Positions 1 through 12,900 of a stretch of DNA of 64,000 bases are shown here, in pieces. The stretch is from Flaccisagitta enflata. Its lineage: Eukaryota. A program made the position numbers and the translations under genes. The stretch is from the NCBI GenBank assembly GCA_965153355.1, contig OZ231126.1, positions 18,166,001 to 18,230,000 of the forward strand, given 5' to 3'. A model generated the notes under the pieces. The model ran no database searches, had not been told where the DNA came from, and saw nothing but the letters and a program-made list of their open reading frames with translations. How positions within the stretch are numbered: position 1 is the stretch's first letter; each line of letters begins with the position of its first letter.

Positions 1-39
<39 letters not shown>

Positions 40-574
40 TGTGTGTAAGTGTGCGTGTGTGTTCTTGAGCGGGCGTTAACAAGATTTCTTACTGATTCTT
101 CCCCTACCCAATAGCTCATTGAAGAATACTGCCCAGTCGTAATGCCCATTGGCTTCATTTCAGAATGGACTCAGACAATTACGCGAGAAAAGTGTTTCAT
201 TCCACTCATCCACTTAGCACAACTCAAGATTTCTTTCAAATCGATTTTCACATCATTTTTGACGACGCTGTCAAACAAAATCCAGGTTTATCGATGTTTT
301 TCTCTGTTTTGTCTGTCCATGAATGACGAGGGGGTGGGGGTGAAGGAGGATCATGAGGTATTTGTTTGTTTGCTGTCTGCGTGTGTTTTTCCCCCATGTT
401 TGTGCTTGTGTTTGTTTCCTTCGATTCATGTCCTCTCTCTCTCTCTGTCTCTCTCTCTCTCTCTCTCTCAAATCTCTAAATCATTGATCAAAATTGAATT
501 TTCTATTCCGTTGTAATAACATATCTCATCTTCTGTTATTGTGTTTTCGCCATCTTTTTTTTTTCTCCGGGCAG

Positions 575-704
575 ATGGAAGCGTTGAATTCAATGAGTTT
601 GTTCATCGATTTCTCAAGCTTTTTCCCGTCGCCCATAAACTGGAAAATAGACTTTTTGCCGATATTCAGCCGCCCGCCTTCATTCCAACTCCTTACGGGG
701 GCAG
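575..704 (+). CDS. CHS: Chitin synthase, in-window exon 1 (gene starts upstream of the window)
   Basis: CAG acceptor and GTAAG donor; reads (D)GSVEFNEFVHRFLKLFPVAHKLENRLFADIQPPAFIPTPYGGR, containing the TPYGGR motif of animal chitin synthases. Confidence 0.9.
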
Positions 705-855
705 GTAAGCTGAAACATTTTGGCTACCTGGCCACTATCTCGTTTTTTTTATATATATGATTGTATTCACACATAAATAAATGTGTAGCAGTACAACTAA
801 CTACAACATCAAGGCATAAGAGTACAGGAGCAATGCAGGAGGCAAATAGATAAAC

Positions 856-3696
856 TCAGTTCAAAAGAACATGTGCGAGGTTACACGCATCCAAAGCACG
901 TAAACGGTTTGAAAATTTCGCGTAGCGTGATTCTATCAATTGTTCCCATGTGGGACGTGACAAAAATTGCTGAAGTGCCGTGACACTCTCAGACCAGCGG
1001 TAGCCAAATAGCCGTCGAAACAGAGAGTTGTATGCCACTCGAAGTTGACGCCGTTCATCGCGGTTGCTGACAGTCACAATCTCGATGCCATAAGTCAGAA
1101 TTGGCACGCAGTGCGATTCAAGAAGCCGCAACATGACAATGTCGTTTGACTTTCCTTCAATTCGGAGTATTGAATTTGCGCAGCGATAGAATTTGCGAAT
1201 GCGTTCGGTGATGCAGCAGTCGAATCCTTTGTTGCTTTTTAGCATGATGCCGAGGTATGGCCACTTATCTGTCCAATCAATCGGTTTGTCGTTCAGTGTG
1301 AGAGTGTGCGTTATATGGATCTTTTTGCCGAAGACCAGATTTCGGGATTTTTTGGCATTTAAGGCAATGTCCCATTCTAAGCAGTACTCGCCACAAACGT
1401 CAAGCAGTAGCTGCAGGCCCTTGATCGACGGTGCCAAAATCGCCATGTCATCTGCGTAGAAGAGGCCAGCTGCAAAATGTTTACCATAGTGGCACCCCTT
1501 ATTCATCTGTTTCAGTTTTTTGATGAGATCGTCGACATAAATGGAGTAAAAGTCTGGCGACAACACACCTCCTTGTCTTACTCCAGCAGAAATATGGAAC
1601 CATTCACTGTAGTGATTGTCCCATTTCACCCGACAAATAAGGCCATCATACCATGAAATGATTATGTCGAGGAACACAAGAGGTGTGTTACGATCAATGA
1701 GTTTGATGAACAGGCCTGAATGAACAAGCCTGTCGAAAGCCTTGCTCGCATCCAGAAATGAGCAAAAGACACGGCTGTCATTGTTTATGTAATATGTCAC
1801 GGTCTCCTTAAGACAGTGAAGCGCGTGAACGGTTGAACTGTTCTTCTTGAACCCGAATTGATGAGAAGATGTTGATAGATGATCAATGTATACGCGCTTA
1901 AGCACATGCTCAAATAGCTTTGACATGATAGGGGAAATGGTGATTCCTCGATAATTATTTGGATCGCCGGCGTTGCCTTGCTGATCTTTGATGATGGGCA
2001 CCATAAATCCAGAGCGGAATTGATGCGGCACATAACCATGTCTCATCATCTGGTTGAAAAGATCTGTGATTCTAACCAACACATTCAGTGGAGCATAGTG
2101 GAGATGTTCTGCTGATATGAGAGACTCGTCTGAGCTTTTACCTTTTTTCAGAGATGAGAGTGCCTCAATTACATCTGGTAACATAATGTAAGTCGATTTG
2201 CAGTCACAGGATTCATTGTGCTTGTTTACATAAGCAGCGTAAGCAGATGAGAATCGATCGTTGAGTCTGTCAACATTTTCGCGATTATTTGGAGTGGAAT
2301 TTGACTTAAAATTTTGCATGAAGACATTTGCTATATCTGCCTTAGAGGAGCAGCCGTTGACAACTGGCGCAAATGGACTCTTATTTGCATTGTAGAGTCT
2401 CCTCCATGTTCCCCAAAACGTCTGGGTGTCAGAGTCGCTCAATGAAGAATGAAGGCGGTCCCATGCCGCCTGTTTTGGCGCACGTTGTGCAGCCCTGATG
2501 GCCTGTTGATAACAAGCACGCATGCGCAGACGTTCCTCATGTATTGGCCCCTGCCTTGGGCGACCTTCACTTATCCATAATGAATGAATGTCGATGGACT
2601 GATTTTTAAGCACTGTGAGACGCTCATTCCACCAATCCTTTTCCGTGCCAGGTTTGAAACGTGGCAAACACGAGTCAGCAGTTTGAAAACAGCTCACTAA
2701 GAAGTCGTATTCTTACTGAATGGCGGCGCCACAGGCCTCATCACGACATCTACACCTATTTGGACAGGAAGAACGTAGATTAAGGCGAGGGCAGAGATTC
2801 ACTAGATCGTGAAGCTTTTGAGAGTAATCTTGAATTTTACCATCTGAGATCTTGTCCCATCTGAGGTAAGCATCAGGCTCTGTTTTTGTTTGATCAGGTT
2901 TTGATCGATGAATTTCAGCAGCGAGATTCAGAACAATGGGCAAATGGTCAGATAGATTGTCGCCTTCGTCAATAACTGCATGATTCGAGATGGAATTTGT
3001 GAAGAGTGAGTCGCTAACAATGAAGTGATCGCTCCACTTTTTTTGATTGAGAGAATTGTGGTGGTATGTAAACGTGTCTGGTGGCAGGAAAGAGTCACAA
3101 CATGATAGATTGTGTCGCGTCATAAAGTCACTCCAATGAATGTCAAAAGGCGCATTTCCTTTTAGCTCAGTATTGAGATCGCCACCAATGATTATGAGAT
3201 GATTGGGATGTTGCTCAATTATTGTATCAAGCATAGCAATAGCGTCATTTGTCTCATTGAAGCACTCTGCTCGATTGGCTGAGTTGAAAAAAGGCATGTA
3301 CGCGCATAGAAACAAGAAGTCTTTGTTTCCCGTGTTGAGCTCGATGCCGACGATGCGTTTGTGTTTAAAATTTGAGAGTGGCGAAACGAGGTGATTTAGG
3401 TCAGGTGACCAACTTATACTAACACCCCCATATGGTCGTCCAGTCATGATGCCCGATGACGTAGCATCTTCCATGCCACTTCTGGCTACAAATTGCGTCC
3501 CTAAAGACTGCATCAATGGAATTTGTTTCTCAGAAAGCCAAAGCTCCTGAGCCATCCAAATCCCTCCATAATTTTGCAAACATGATTTGTGATAATCACT
3601 CGATTTTTTAAATGAATGTAAATTGTGAGATCCAACTGGTATTGATATAAGAGAAGCAGCGAAGATAATTGTGAGCCAAGATGCTAATCTGGACAT
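856..3696 (-). pseudogene. LINE ORF2 (AP endonuclease plus reverse transcriptase) with one in-frame nonsense codon
   Basis: APE motifs QELWL, GRPYGGV, GGDLN, SDHLP; RT motifs NYRGIT, FLDASKAFD, GVRQGGVLSP, YADD, YLG; TAA at 2713-2715 separates two ORFs in the same frame. Confidence 0.92.
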
Positions 3697-3724
3697 TGAG
3701 CCACGGCCAGCAGACGTATTATTT

Positions 3725-3831
<107 letters not shown>

Positions 3832-3832
3832 C

Positions 3833-3907
<75 letters not shown>

Positions 3908-4249
3908 TTTGTTGGACGCGAAATCCCAGTCTCTAATCCGACAATGGATCGGCCAGACTGATCTTGCCATGGCCTTGTCGCGATGGGCTCTCTCGACTCT
4001 AACTTTGGCCGTCTTTGTGCCCTTAAAATGGGAGTTGAGTAGCCAGATGTCCTTGACCTCGACCCCGTGAGTATGTAACTGTCGGCGAATTTGGTCGGCT
4101 GTCGTTGTTTCAGCCAATCGTTGAACCGAGAACTGCCAAAAGTCTCGACCTCGAGGGGCAACTCCTTTAAGTTCCCCATTGTCATTTGTCCCAGTGACTG
4201 GTTTAGCGACTGATTTTCTTCTCGCCTTCTTTCCTCTGGGTCCTCTCCA

Positions 4250-4870
4250 CACGCCACGGGGGAGGCTTTCATAGGTCAAGAAAAATTCTCGGTCATAATG
4301 GCGAGTGGTTTGGGCCTCAGGAAGGTTCACTTTATCACTTCATACCAAAACGAAAATTTTTTTACTTCAAAATTTTTTTAAAATGCCGTAAAATGCCGTA
4401 AAAAGCCTCAAAATTGGCATTTTTGACGTTTTTTTTTGGTCCAAAACCGCCGCTTTGGTCCAGAGATGGGCAAACAATGACTATCTGGCACTAAGACACA
4501 TTCATGCAAAAATACAGGCCATGAAAACTGCTAAAAATGCTATTTTTACGGCTTTTTACGGCATTTTACAGCGTAAGATGATACTGAATGATGACGGGTT
4601 GGCCTGTATTTATGCATGAATGTGTCTTAGTGCCAGATAATCATTGTTTGCCCATCTTATGACCATAGCGGCGGTTTTGGACCCAAAAAACTGTCAAAAA
4701 TGCCAATTTTACAGCTTTTTACGGCATTTTACGGCATTTTAACAAATTTTTGAAGTAAAAAAATTTTCGTTTTGGTATGAAGTGATAAAATGAACCTTCC
4801 TGAGGCCCAAACCACTCGCCATTATGACCGAGAATTTTTCTTGACCTATGAAAGACTCCCCCGTGGCGTG
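4250..4870. mobile_element. Fold-back MITE with CAC...GTG ends and 4-bp TSD (Chapaev/CMC-like)
   Basis: Long TIRs CACGCCACGGGGGAG.CTTTCATAGG...; TCCA duplicated at 4246-4249 and 4871-4874. Confidence 0.88.
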
Positions 4871-5211
4871 TCCATTGTTCTTCATTCTCTTTCAAATTCA
4901 CCACTTGATCGGCAAAAGTCTGTGGTGGTGGAACGATGAGAGGCGAAGTAAGTGAGAGAGGAGATGGAGGAGGAGGAGGAGGAGATAGGTTGATTGCAGG
5001 TGACGGGACTGAAGACGCCGTCGACGACGATGCTGATAGCGCCGCGAGAGATGACGCCGGTAATGAGGACGCCGCCCGAGATGACTCCGGAAGTGGCGTT
5101 GTTACAATTGGTGACGCGATCAGGGAGGGCGCCAAGACTGAAGGCGCCGGGAGTGAGACCGATGCGAGCGAAGTTGTAGTTGGTGGCGTTGTGAATTGGG
5201 ACGCCCCGACA

Positions 5212-5733
5212 GATGACGCCGCGATAGATGACGCCGCGACCGATGTAGCCGCAACTGATGACGCCGCGACAGATGACGCCGCGACCGATGATGCCGCGAC
5301 CGATGGCGCCGCGACAGATGACGCCGCGACCGATGATGCCGCGACCGATGGCGCCGCGACAGATGACGCCGCGACCGATGACGCCGCGACAGATGACGCC
5401 GCAACTGATGACGCCGCGACTGATGACGCCGCGACCGATGACGCCGCGACCGATGACGCCGCGACCGATGACGCCGCGACCGATGACGCCGCGACAGATG
5501 ACGCCGCGACAGATGACGCCGCGACAGATGACGCCGCGACAGATGACGCCGCGACAGATGACGCCGCGACAGATGACGCCGCGACAGATGACGCCGCGAC
5601 AGATGACGCCGCGACAGATGACGCCGCGACTGATGACGCCGCGACAGATGACGCCGCGACTGATGACGCCGCGACAGATGACGCCGCGACAGATGACGCC
5701 ACGACTGATGACGCCGCGACAGATGACGCCGCG
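5212..5733. repeat. 15-bp coding minisatellite (GATGACGCCGCGACA)n, about 35 copies
   Basis: Directly visible; encodes (SSVAA)n in ORF1. Confidence 0.95.
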
Positions 5734-6607
5734 AGAGAAGGTGATGTCGCCTGAGGAAAGTAAGGCAACGCTGTTGCGTCCAGACGCTGTCTCACGTTGT
5801 TGACGTAATGACGAGATGATTTTCGTAGTGTGCGACTGATTTCGTCTTCTGTGTTGATCGGCGTTGCCGGAATGGAACGCCTGGTGTGACGTGACGGAGT
5901 TGAGAAAGTAGAATCGTTCAGTTCATTCACCTCTGCGATGGATGATTCCACTCTTTTGTCAATCCTTGTGACGATGTTGATGACAGATGACAGTTGATGT
6001 TGAAGTTGAGAAACTATCGTTGCTAGTCCATTAACATCAATTTTATCAGCTTCAACCGATGGGAGACGCGAAGGATTGGCGGCCAAAAATACAGATTCTA
6101 TGACTCCGCCTTTTTTGCAGTCAATCACCTCCCAAATATCGAGGATGTCCTTGGTGACCTTGGGAAGCGCGTCTTCCTTGGTCGTGTTGAGACGTTTTTT
6201 TCTAAATTCCGTTATGAAATTTGAGAGATTGAGCTTTTCGCATTCGCTGATGAGAAGTTGCTTGGCTGTAACAGCTTCTTCGTGTGAGTAAAATCCGGAT
6301 ATAACCGAAAAAAGACTTGTGCGATATAGCTTGTCAGCATAGAAAACGAGAAAACACAGTAGTTCGTTGGTTTTTGTATTAGCCATAGTTGAGGAGGGAT
6401 TGAGAGTTTGATTGATTAGTAGATATGCTTTTTCGTTTGTAAACGCGATATGGTTTGCCAAACATCGCAGATAGAAAAGGGGTGGAGATAAAAAAGGCAC
6501 CTTTTCCACTGTATGTCCGTTGAAGTTTTTATATTCACCTCTTTATTTTATGTGCGACAAAGCACCTCTATAACTGGCTGTGTCCGTTGGTTGGTCGGTC
6601 GGGTAAT

Positions 6608-7563
6608 GGACATTAGACAAAACACAAAAGGTGTAAATATCATATCGTTAGCTCTGATCCAACTTCTTGAGAAAGAATAAAATATTGTATGTAACAACCA
6701 GTGGTTGAAATTACAGCTAGCTGTAATATTACAGATTGAAACGTCACAGCCGGCTGTAATGAACAAAATAATGTAAGACGTGAAATCTGCCAGCAAAAAA
6801 TGAAGCGCTTCACCCGACTTTTGCATCAATAGTGGGTTAATTGTCTATCCACAAATGTTATCATTGCTCAAGATGTCACTGGATACACTTGATATGTACG
6901 TCTGCTCCATATTCTATGCTTTAAACCGCCTTTTGATAAATAATTCTCATGGAAAATGTCAAGAATATAAAGATTATTAGTGAAATTCTGTTGACATTTT
7001 TTTCTTTTTTCTCAGGTCGAAATTATAAGAAAGCCACACCCAGAAGAATTTTGCATTTTCAAGAACATAGTTCTCTCTAAAAACGATTTGGGAAGAAAAC
7101 TATGCTCTTCGTTTTTTCATTTTTTCATTTTCTATGCAAACTTATAATTTCGACCAACCCCTTGTCAGTGACAAAATAGAAATTTGAAGAAATTTTCAGT
7201 AATTCTTTTTCAGTAATTCATGCTAAATCTGAGTCTCTTGGTAAACGGATGCAAATTTTGCTTTCAAATATCATGCATGTCTTATCTCAATCACTTTTAA
7301 TCACTTGTTTTTCTATTTTCACTCGTGTATATTTTCTATTTTGACCCATTTTGATACCCTAAATGTTGGCTTCGCGGGCACGCTGTCGTAAGCAATAACT
7401 GGTTGGCAGAATTACAGCTGCCTATAACATTTCAATTTGAAAGATTACAGCCGGCTGTAATTTCAACCACTAGTTGTTGCATATACTATTTTGTTCTTTT
7501 TCAAGATGTGGGATCAAAGCTAACGGTATGATATATACACCTATTGTGTTTTGTCCATTGGCC
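6608..7563. mobile_element. Degenerate MITE with long imperfect TIRs, inserted in a HINE-like element
   Basis: 6615-6760 is an imperfect reverse complement of 7410-7556; boundaries approximate. Confidence 0.6.
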
Positions 7564-7785
7564 GTACAATGCCGTAACATCGTTGAATTTCGAGCAGTTT
7601 TTTTTTTATCGCTGCTCCTGCCCAGACGTCCGCGAATACGGTGCCCTTTATACAGCATTGTTTTTGCCGATTCAAAGGTCAATCAGCGAAACGACCTTGA
7701 CGAAGTCGGCCTTGACCACCGCCGCAAAAACGGGGAAAACCTGACACTAAGCGTCTTAAGTATAAGCGTCTTATCATCCTATCAG

Positions 7786-7845
7786 GCTGCAATGGACACT
7801 TTCTGGTGAAACGCAGCTCACGATTCATCTTAAGGACAGTCGCAG
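7786..7845 (+). CDS. CHS: Chitin synthase exon 2
   Basis: AG/GT bounded with matching phase; RLQWTLSGETQLTIHLKDSRR fits the expected L.W.L...L..HLKD segment after TPYGGR. Confidence 0.85.
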
Positions 7846-7871
7846 GTGCCTCAAGAAAAGGGAAACATGAG

Positions 7872-7944
<73 letters not shown>

Positions 7945-8446
7945 TTGTAAGGGGAGAAAATGATAAGTGGAGTATGTACTGGATATCATCACCAGAAGCT
8001 TAGTTCAGGATACCAATAAAGGCGGCTATCGCCGACTGGAAAAAAAGTCATAAAAAGGGTCTCATTTCTCATTGACATTGCATGTTTCTCAGTGTGTGTA
8101 TCTCAAGCTTTCCCGTTGATTGTTTCTACTTTTAGTTGCGTGCTCCGCGACTCTACACCTCGCTTTGTTGTCCATCCGTCCGTCCATTCATCCGTCTGTC
8201 AGTCCATTACACTTTACTTTTTTTGGGTTTTTCCTGTCTTTGGCCTCACTGCTCCTGCCCAAATAATCCAATGACCTCAAATACTGCCCCTTCCCACCCG
8301 CACGCAACTGGGGTAGCCGTGTATCCAGCCTTTATTTAATCTCTGTGTGTCAGTGTCTCTTTTTCTCTGTGTCTTTCTTTCTCTGTGTCTTTTTTTCTGT
8401 GTCATTTTTGAATGTGTGTGTCTATGGCTTTCTCTCTTTCTCTCAA

Positions 8447-8530
<84 letters not shown>

Positions 8531-9394
8531 TCTCTTTTTTTCTCTTCCTCTCTCTTTCAACCATAAGTAATTAGAGCGAAATGTAAAACCTAGCAACAAA
8601 AAAATTTGAGTCAATGTGCGTAAAATGTTTACTTTTCTTTCTTGTTAGACAGGACCCAAAATTATGATCAATGAAGAATATTGTTTTTCGCAAAAAACAT
8701 AGAAAAAAATTCAAAACATCATAACTTGAAAAATAATTTTTGTAGGAACCTCTGGTTGGCGCCATTTGAAAGAAAAAAATAGCTTAGCTGTGAGTATCAT
8801 AAAAAGTATCACCCCAGCCAAAAAACTACCCAACTTCCTAAAATTGCTCAAAATTAAAAGTGGAAAACTTTATTTTTCCTCTACGTTTCAAAAAGTCGAA
8901 TTACGTAATTCGACTTTTTTTCAACAATTATCAGTTTTCAGAGGAATCGCTTGTAGTTGTACTTGTACTCATGGACATGGGAGAGTGATTAGATTTTTGG
9001 CTGAACATGGTTCACAACCACTGAACATCCAATGTTGAGGCAGATCACTCACCTCAAATTGTAACGGTTACGTCCAGGTGCCGTGAAAGATAGAGATAAA
9101 AAGAGAGAGAAAAGAAATTTTGACCATAGGAAAACCATCACCGTTTGAAACCTCTGCAAATGATCTTTGCTGGTTAATCTGTAGATTTATTTGTTTCTAG
9201 AATGAGTAATCACAATTGACAAGAAGGTTTTGAAAAAACGGTGTTCACTTTGAAAGCTCTTCCATTTGAGATACTGACCTCAGTGACCTGGGACCGGTCT
9301 ACAATGAAAGAAAATTCATAAAACATCTAAACAAAACAAGGCCGGATACACGGGCCAAGACGGTGCGCCTGGCGTTGATACTTCTTAGCTCAAC

Positions 9395-9560
9395 TAGCTC
9401 TATGAGCCCTATTTGAAGCTCTGTTAGCCCTATTTTAAGTTCTATCAGCCCTATTTCAAGCTCCATGAGCCCTTTTGGAGCTCTTTGAACCCTATTTGGA
9501 GCTCTATGAGCCCTATTTGAAGCTGTATTAGTCCCATTAGAAGCTCTATGAGCCCTATGT
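9395..9560. repeat. 21-bp tandem repeat (AGCTCTATGAGCCCTATTTGA) in the Helentron 3' region
   Basis: Directly visible, about 8 degenerate copies. Confidence 0.8.
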
Positions 9561-9910
9561 GAAACACTTCTGGGTCTATGTTGAGCAAAATGAATGTAAT
9601 AGTACTGATACTTGATTCTACATGATGAACTGGTTAAGTTGCTATGCAAAAAAATAAACATTAAGTTTTCAATGAACATAACTCATATATTGAAAAATGA
9701 AAGAATGATATGAAGATGAATGTAAAAATGAAAATAAACAAGAAAGGAAACACAAAACACACAAATAAAAAAGAAAAATGAATAACAAAAAATGAAAACG
9801 AAAAATGAAAAACAAAAATAACTGTATGTTACAAAGTAGAGGCAGACTAACAATTTACATTGTGCTTTCTTTGATAAGCATGAAAATAATTCATTTTCAT
9901 TGAAAAAATA

Positions 9911-12900
9911 TCAATTACTCCATTTTACAATAGATATTGCAGCATGGTCTGAATAGTAAGGATAATTGACATCTATTTCAACCTTCCATGGCAGCTTCTT
10001 TGTATAAACATGATCAAGCAATCCCCCTTCTTTATGTGTTGGAACCTCCACCAATTGATCAAAGCCGCATGATGTGATTTTACGGATGATCATGTCTTTT
10101 GGGTCATTGAAGTAGTTGATGTTGAAATCTCCAAGGATGAAGCAAGGTCTTGCTCCTCGCGCCAAACTTCCAAGGTCATTGAGGAATTCTGTTTTATTGG
10201 CCCCTCGTGAGCAGTAGATATTGATGACATCATATTCTTGACAGGATACTTTGGACAGCTGATAAAGATTTCTATTGATAGCGCCAGTAATTTTGAACAT
10301 TGACTTGAAGTAGGTAGCAATCCCTTTTCCTCTTCCTTCACTGACAAGATGCATCTGATATCCAGGTAGGGAAAGTTGAAGATTTTCATGTTCTTTGCTG
10401 CACCATGTCTCCTGCAAAGCAATAACATCCGCTTGAAACTGAGCATCTTTTAGCAGATGCATATGGTTATGCTGGAGGGAACGGATGTTTAGAGTGACCA
10501 CCAGAGTATTCTTTTGTCTTTTCATTTGTACTTCATTCTTCTTTATTCCTTTGAGTCTGTTTAATTCCTCCATTGCAAGTGCAGAGGGATAGATCTTGTC
10601 ATTTGGAAACTTGTCAAGGATATAGAGCTGATTCAATGCTTGCACTCGACTCATCATCACATAGGCTTGTGCAGCTTCTCTGACAGATTGAAGATCGATC
10701 ACAAGAGGATCAGGCTTAAGAACAGTGCTTCCCTGCATTTTATGCGCGGTGCATGCAAAAGCAACCTTTAGAGGAAACTGAGTAGCACGCATGAAATCGT
10801 TCTGGGAGGATGGATTCTTGGATTGGTTAAAGGAAAACTCAATTTTTGCAATAGGAGTCACAGGCGTATCTGGGAATCTTCTTTGAAGTTGTTGAGAGTT
10901 TTTCTTTCGCATTTCTTTACCAACTTTTTCATTTTTAAAATGTACAAGAATTGTCTTAACTTTACCACCAGCTGTTTCAAAACCAAGTACTTTACCAATG
11001 GCACCATTTGCTAATGAGTCCAGAACATCAACATTATAGGTTAATATGACTTGCGCTCCAACTTTTAGGTTTAGAACAAATTGCAGAGGTGTGTTGTAAA
11101 TTGACATGTCCGACTTTAATCTTGGCTTCTTCACAGGCTTTCCAGATCGAGTAACATAAGCATCAAATGTATAAAGTTGGCCATCCAAGTCTTCTATTCT
11201 GTAGTCATTGATTCTATTCACTCCGGCGTTTGTGCAGATAATGTAGAGTGCTTCTTTTGGTAGATTGCTATCACCACGGGCCTTTACACGTTGTTCCAGA
11301 GTTTTGCAGTCATCTTCGGTTTGCTGTCCAGTCCTGATTCGATTTAATATCTCGGCGTATTCACCGTCTTCGCCTTGCCGATGATTATAGCTCAAGAACA
11401 GAACTTGAAATTTTTGCCAAAGTGAGTCTATCATATATGGTAGATGATAGTCTGCACATAATGGTTTCTCAAAGATGTAACGCCCCATAACAGGTTTCAG
11501 TTGCAGTATATCTCCAAATAGCAGCATGGCGCAGCCTCCAAAAACTTCATCCACATTTTGCTTAAGCTCCCTGAGGCGAAGATCGAGTTGGTAAAACATA
11601 TCAGCCTTTAACATGCTGAACTCATCAATTACAACCAATTTCAAATTTTTCAAATGTTCTCTTTTTTCATCACGTGTTTTGTCCCCAAGAGAAAGAAACT
11701 CATTTCCAAAATTGAAATTGAAGGCACTATGGAGAGTCATTCCATCTACATTTGCTGCCGCGCAGCCTGTAAATGCTGTGATGAGGATATATGGCTTATC
11801 TGGGTCATCTCCTGACTGTCTCAGACTTCTTTCAAACCACTGTCCAATGGCGTTAATCAGCATACTCTTTCCAGCCCCTGCTCCTCCTTGAATGATGTAA
11901 AGTGGTGGATTAATCTTCATTGGTGTTTTTCTGGCTATTTGTAATTGTCTAGCATAATTCAATGCAACATTTAGCACCAATCTTTGATCTGGATCTAGCT
12001 TAAGTGTCAGTTCCATTAATTTTTCGTCACTTTCCAATGTCACTGTCTTGAAAAGGCCTGTAGTGTTCTCAGAATCTTTCTCTAAGTTACTTGGATCTGC
12101 ATGAATAAAGTCTGGATGATCTTCCACTCCTTCTACCTCACATTCATCTCTATCTTGCTCATTCTGAGGGTCTAGCAGGTCACCAATTTCATCCTGCATT
12201 GCCTTAGCTGCTTCCAAGCCTTCTTCCACAGACTCAAGGAATTCCATTATTTTTTCTTTCACTTGCCAGAGGTTAGATTTCATGTAAGTTTGTTGGCAGA
12301 GCTCAAAATTCTCTTTTTCCCTCTCTAAGTTTCCTACTTTTCCATTAGAGTGGGGATGATAAAGCTGTAATTCACTGTAGTAGTACTCATGTGGCTGTTT
12401 TTCTTTATTGAACTTGTGATATCTAAGAACCTGGGATTTTCTTCGCTTCATGTATGGAAGTTCACCTGGTTTGAGGTTGTTTATCACTATGAACAAAGGA
12501 AGCTCTATTGCGTCATCTGATTCATCATAATTGTAAGTAACAATGTGGTTTTCATAGATTGCTTTCCCATTTACATCATAGATTTTTTTTACTTGAACTG
12601 GGGCATAATCAAAGTCTTCTGGTAATTTACTTGATGCCTGATATCTCTTAACAAATTGAGCATAGCAAAGATTCTTCAAATGTGGTTGAAGTTTGCAATT
12701 TCTTCTAAGATACTTTTCATAAATGGAGGGTTTTTCTTGATATTTACCTTGCCTTCCTTCTACTTCAACTACCTTTTCACATGATGCAACTTCATTTTCC
12801 TCTATCTTTTCAAGGTAGCGACTAGGGTTGAAGCCTGTTTGTGCAAAAACACATCCTATGTTGGAATCTTTCATGTGCATACTAGGAATAATGCGGAAAT

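Noticed and set aside
4936-5803. Plus-strand ORFs (DDAAT)n and (MTPRQ)n
   Set aside because: Antisense shadows of the LINE ORF1 minisatellite
8891-8918. Perfect palindrome AAAAGTCGAATTACGTAATTCGACTTTT (similar one near 36135)
   Set aside because: Probably an internal hairpin of a repeat family; no evidence for a terminator or ncRNA
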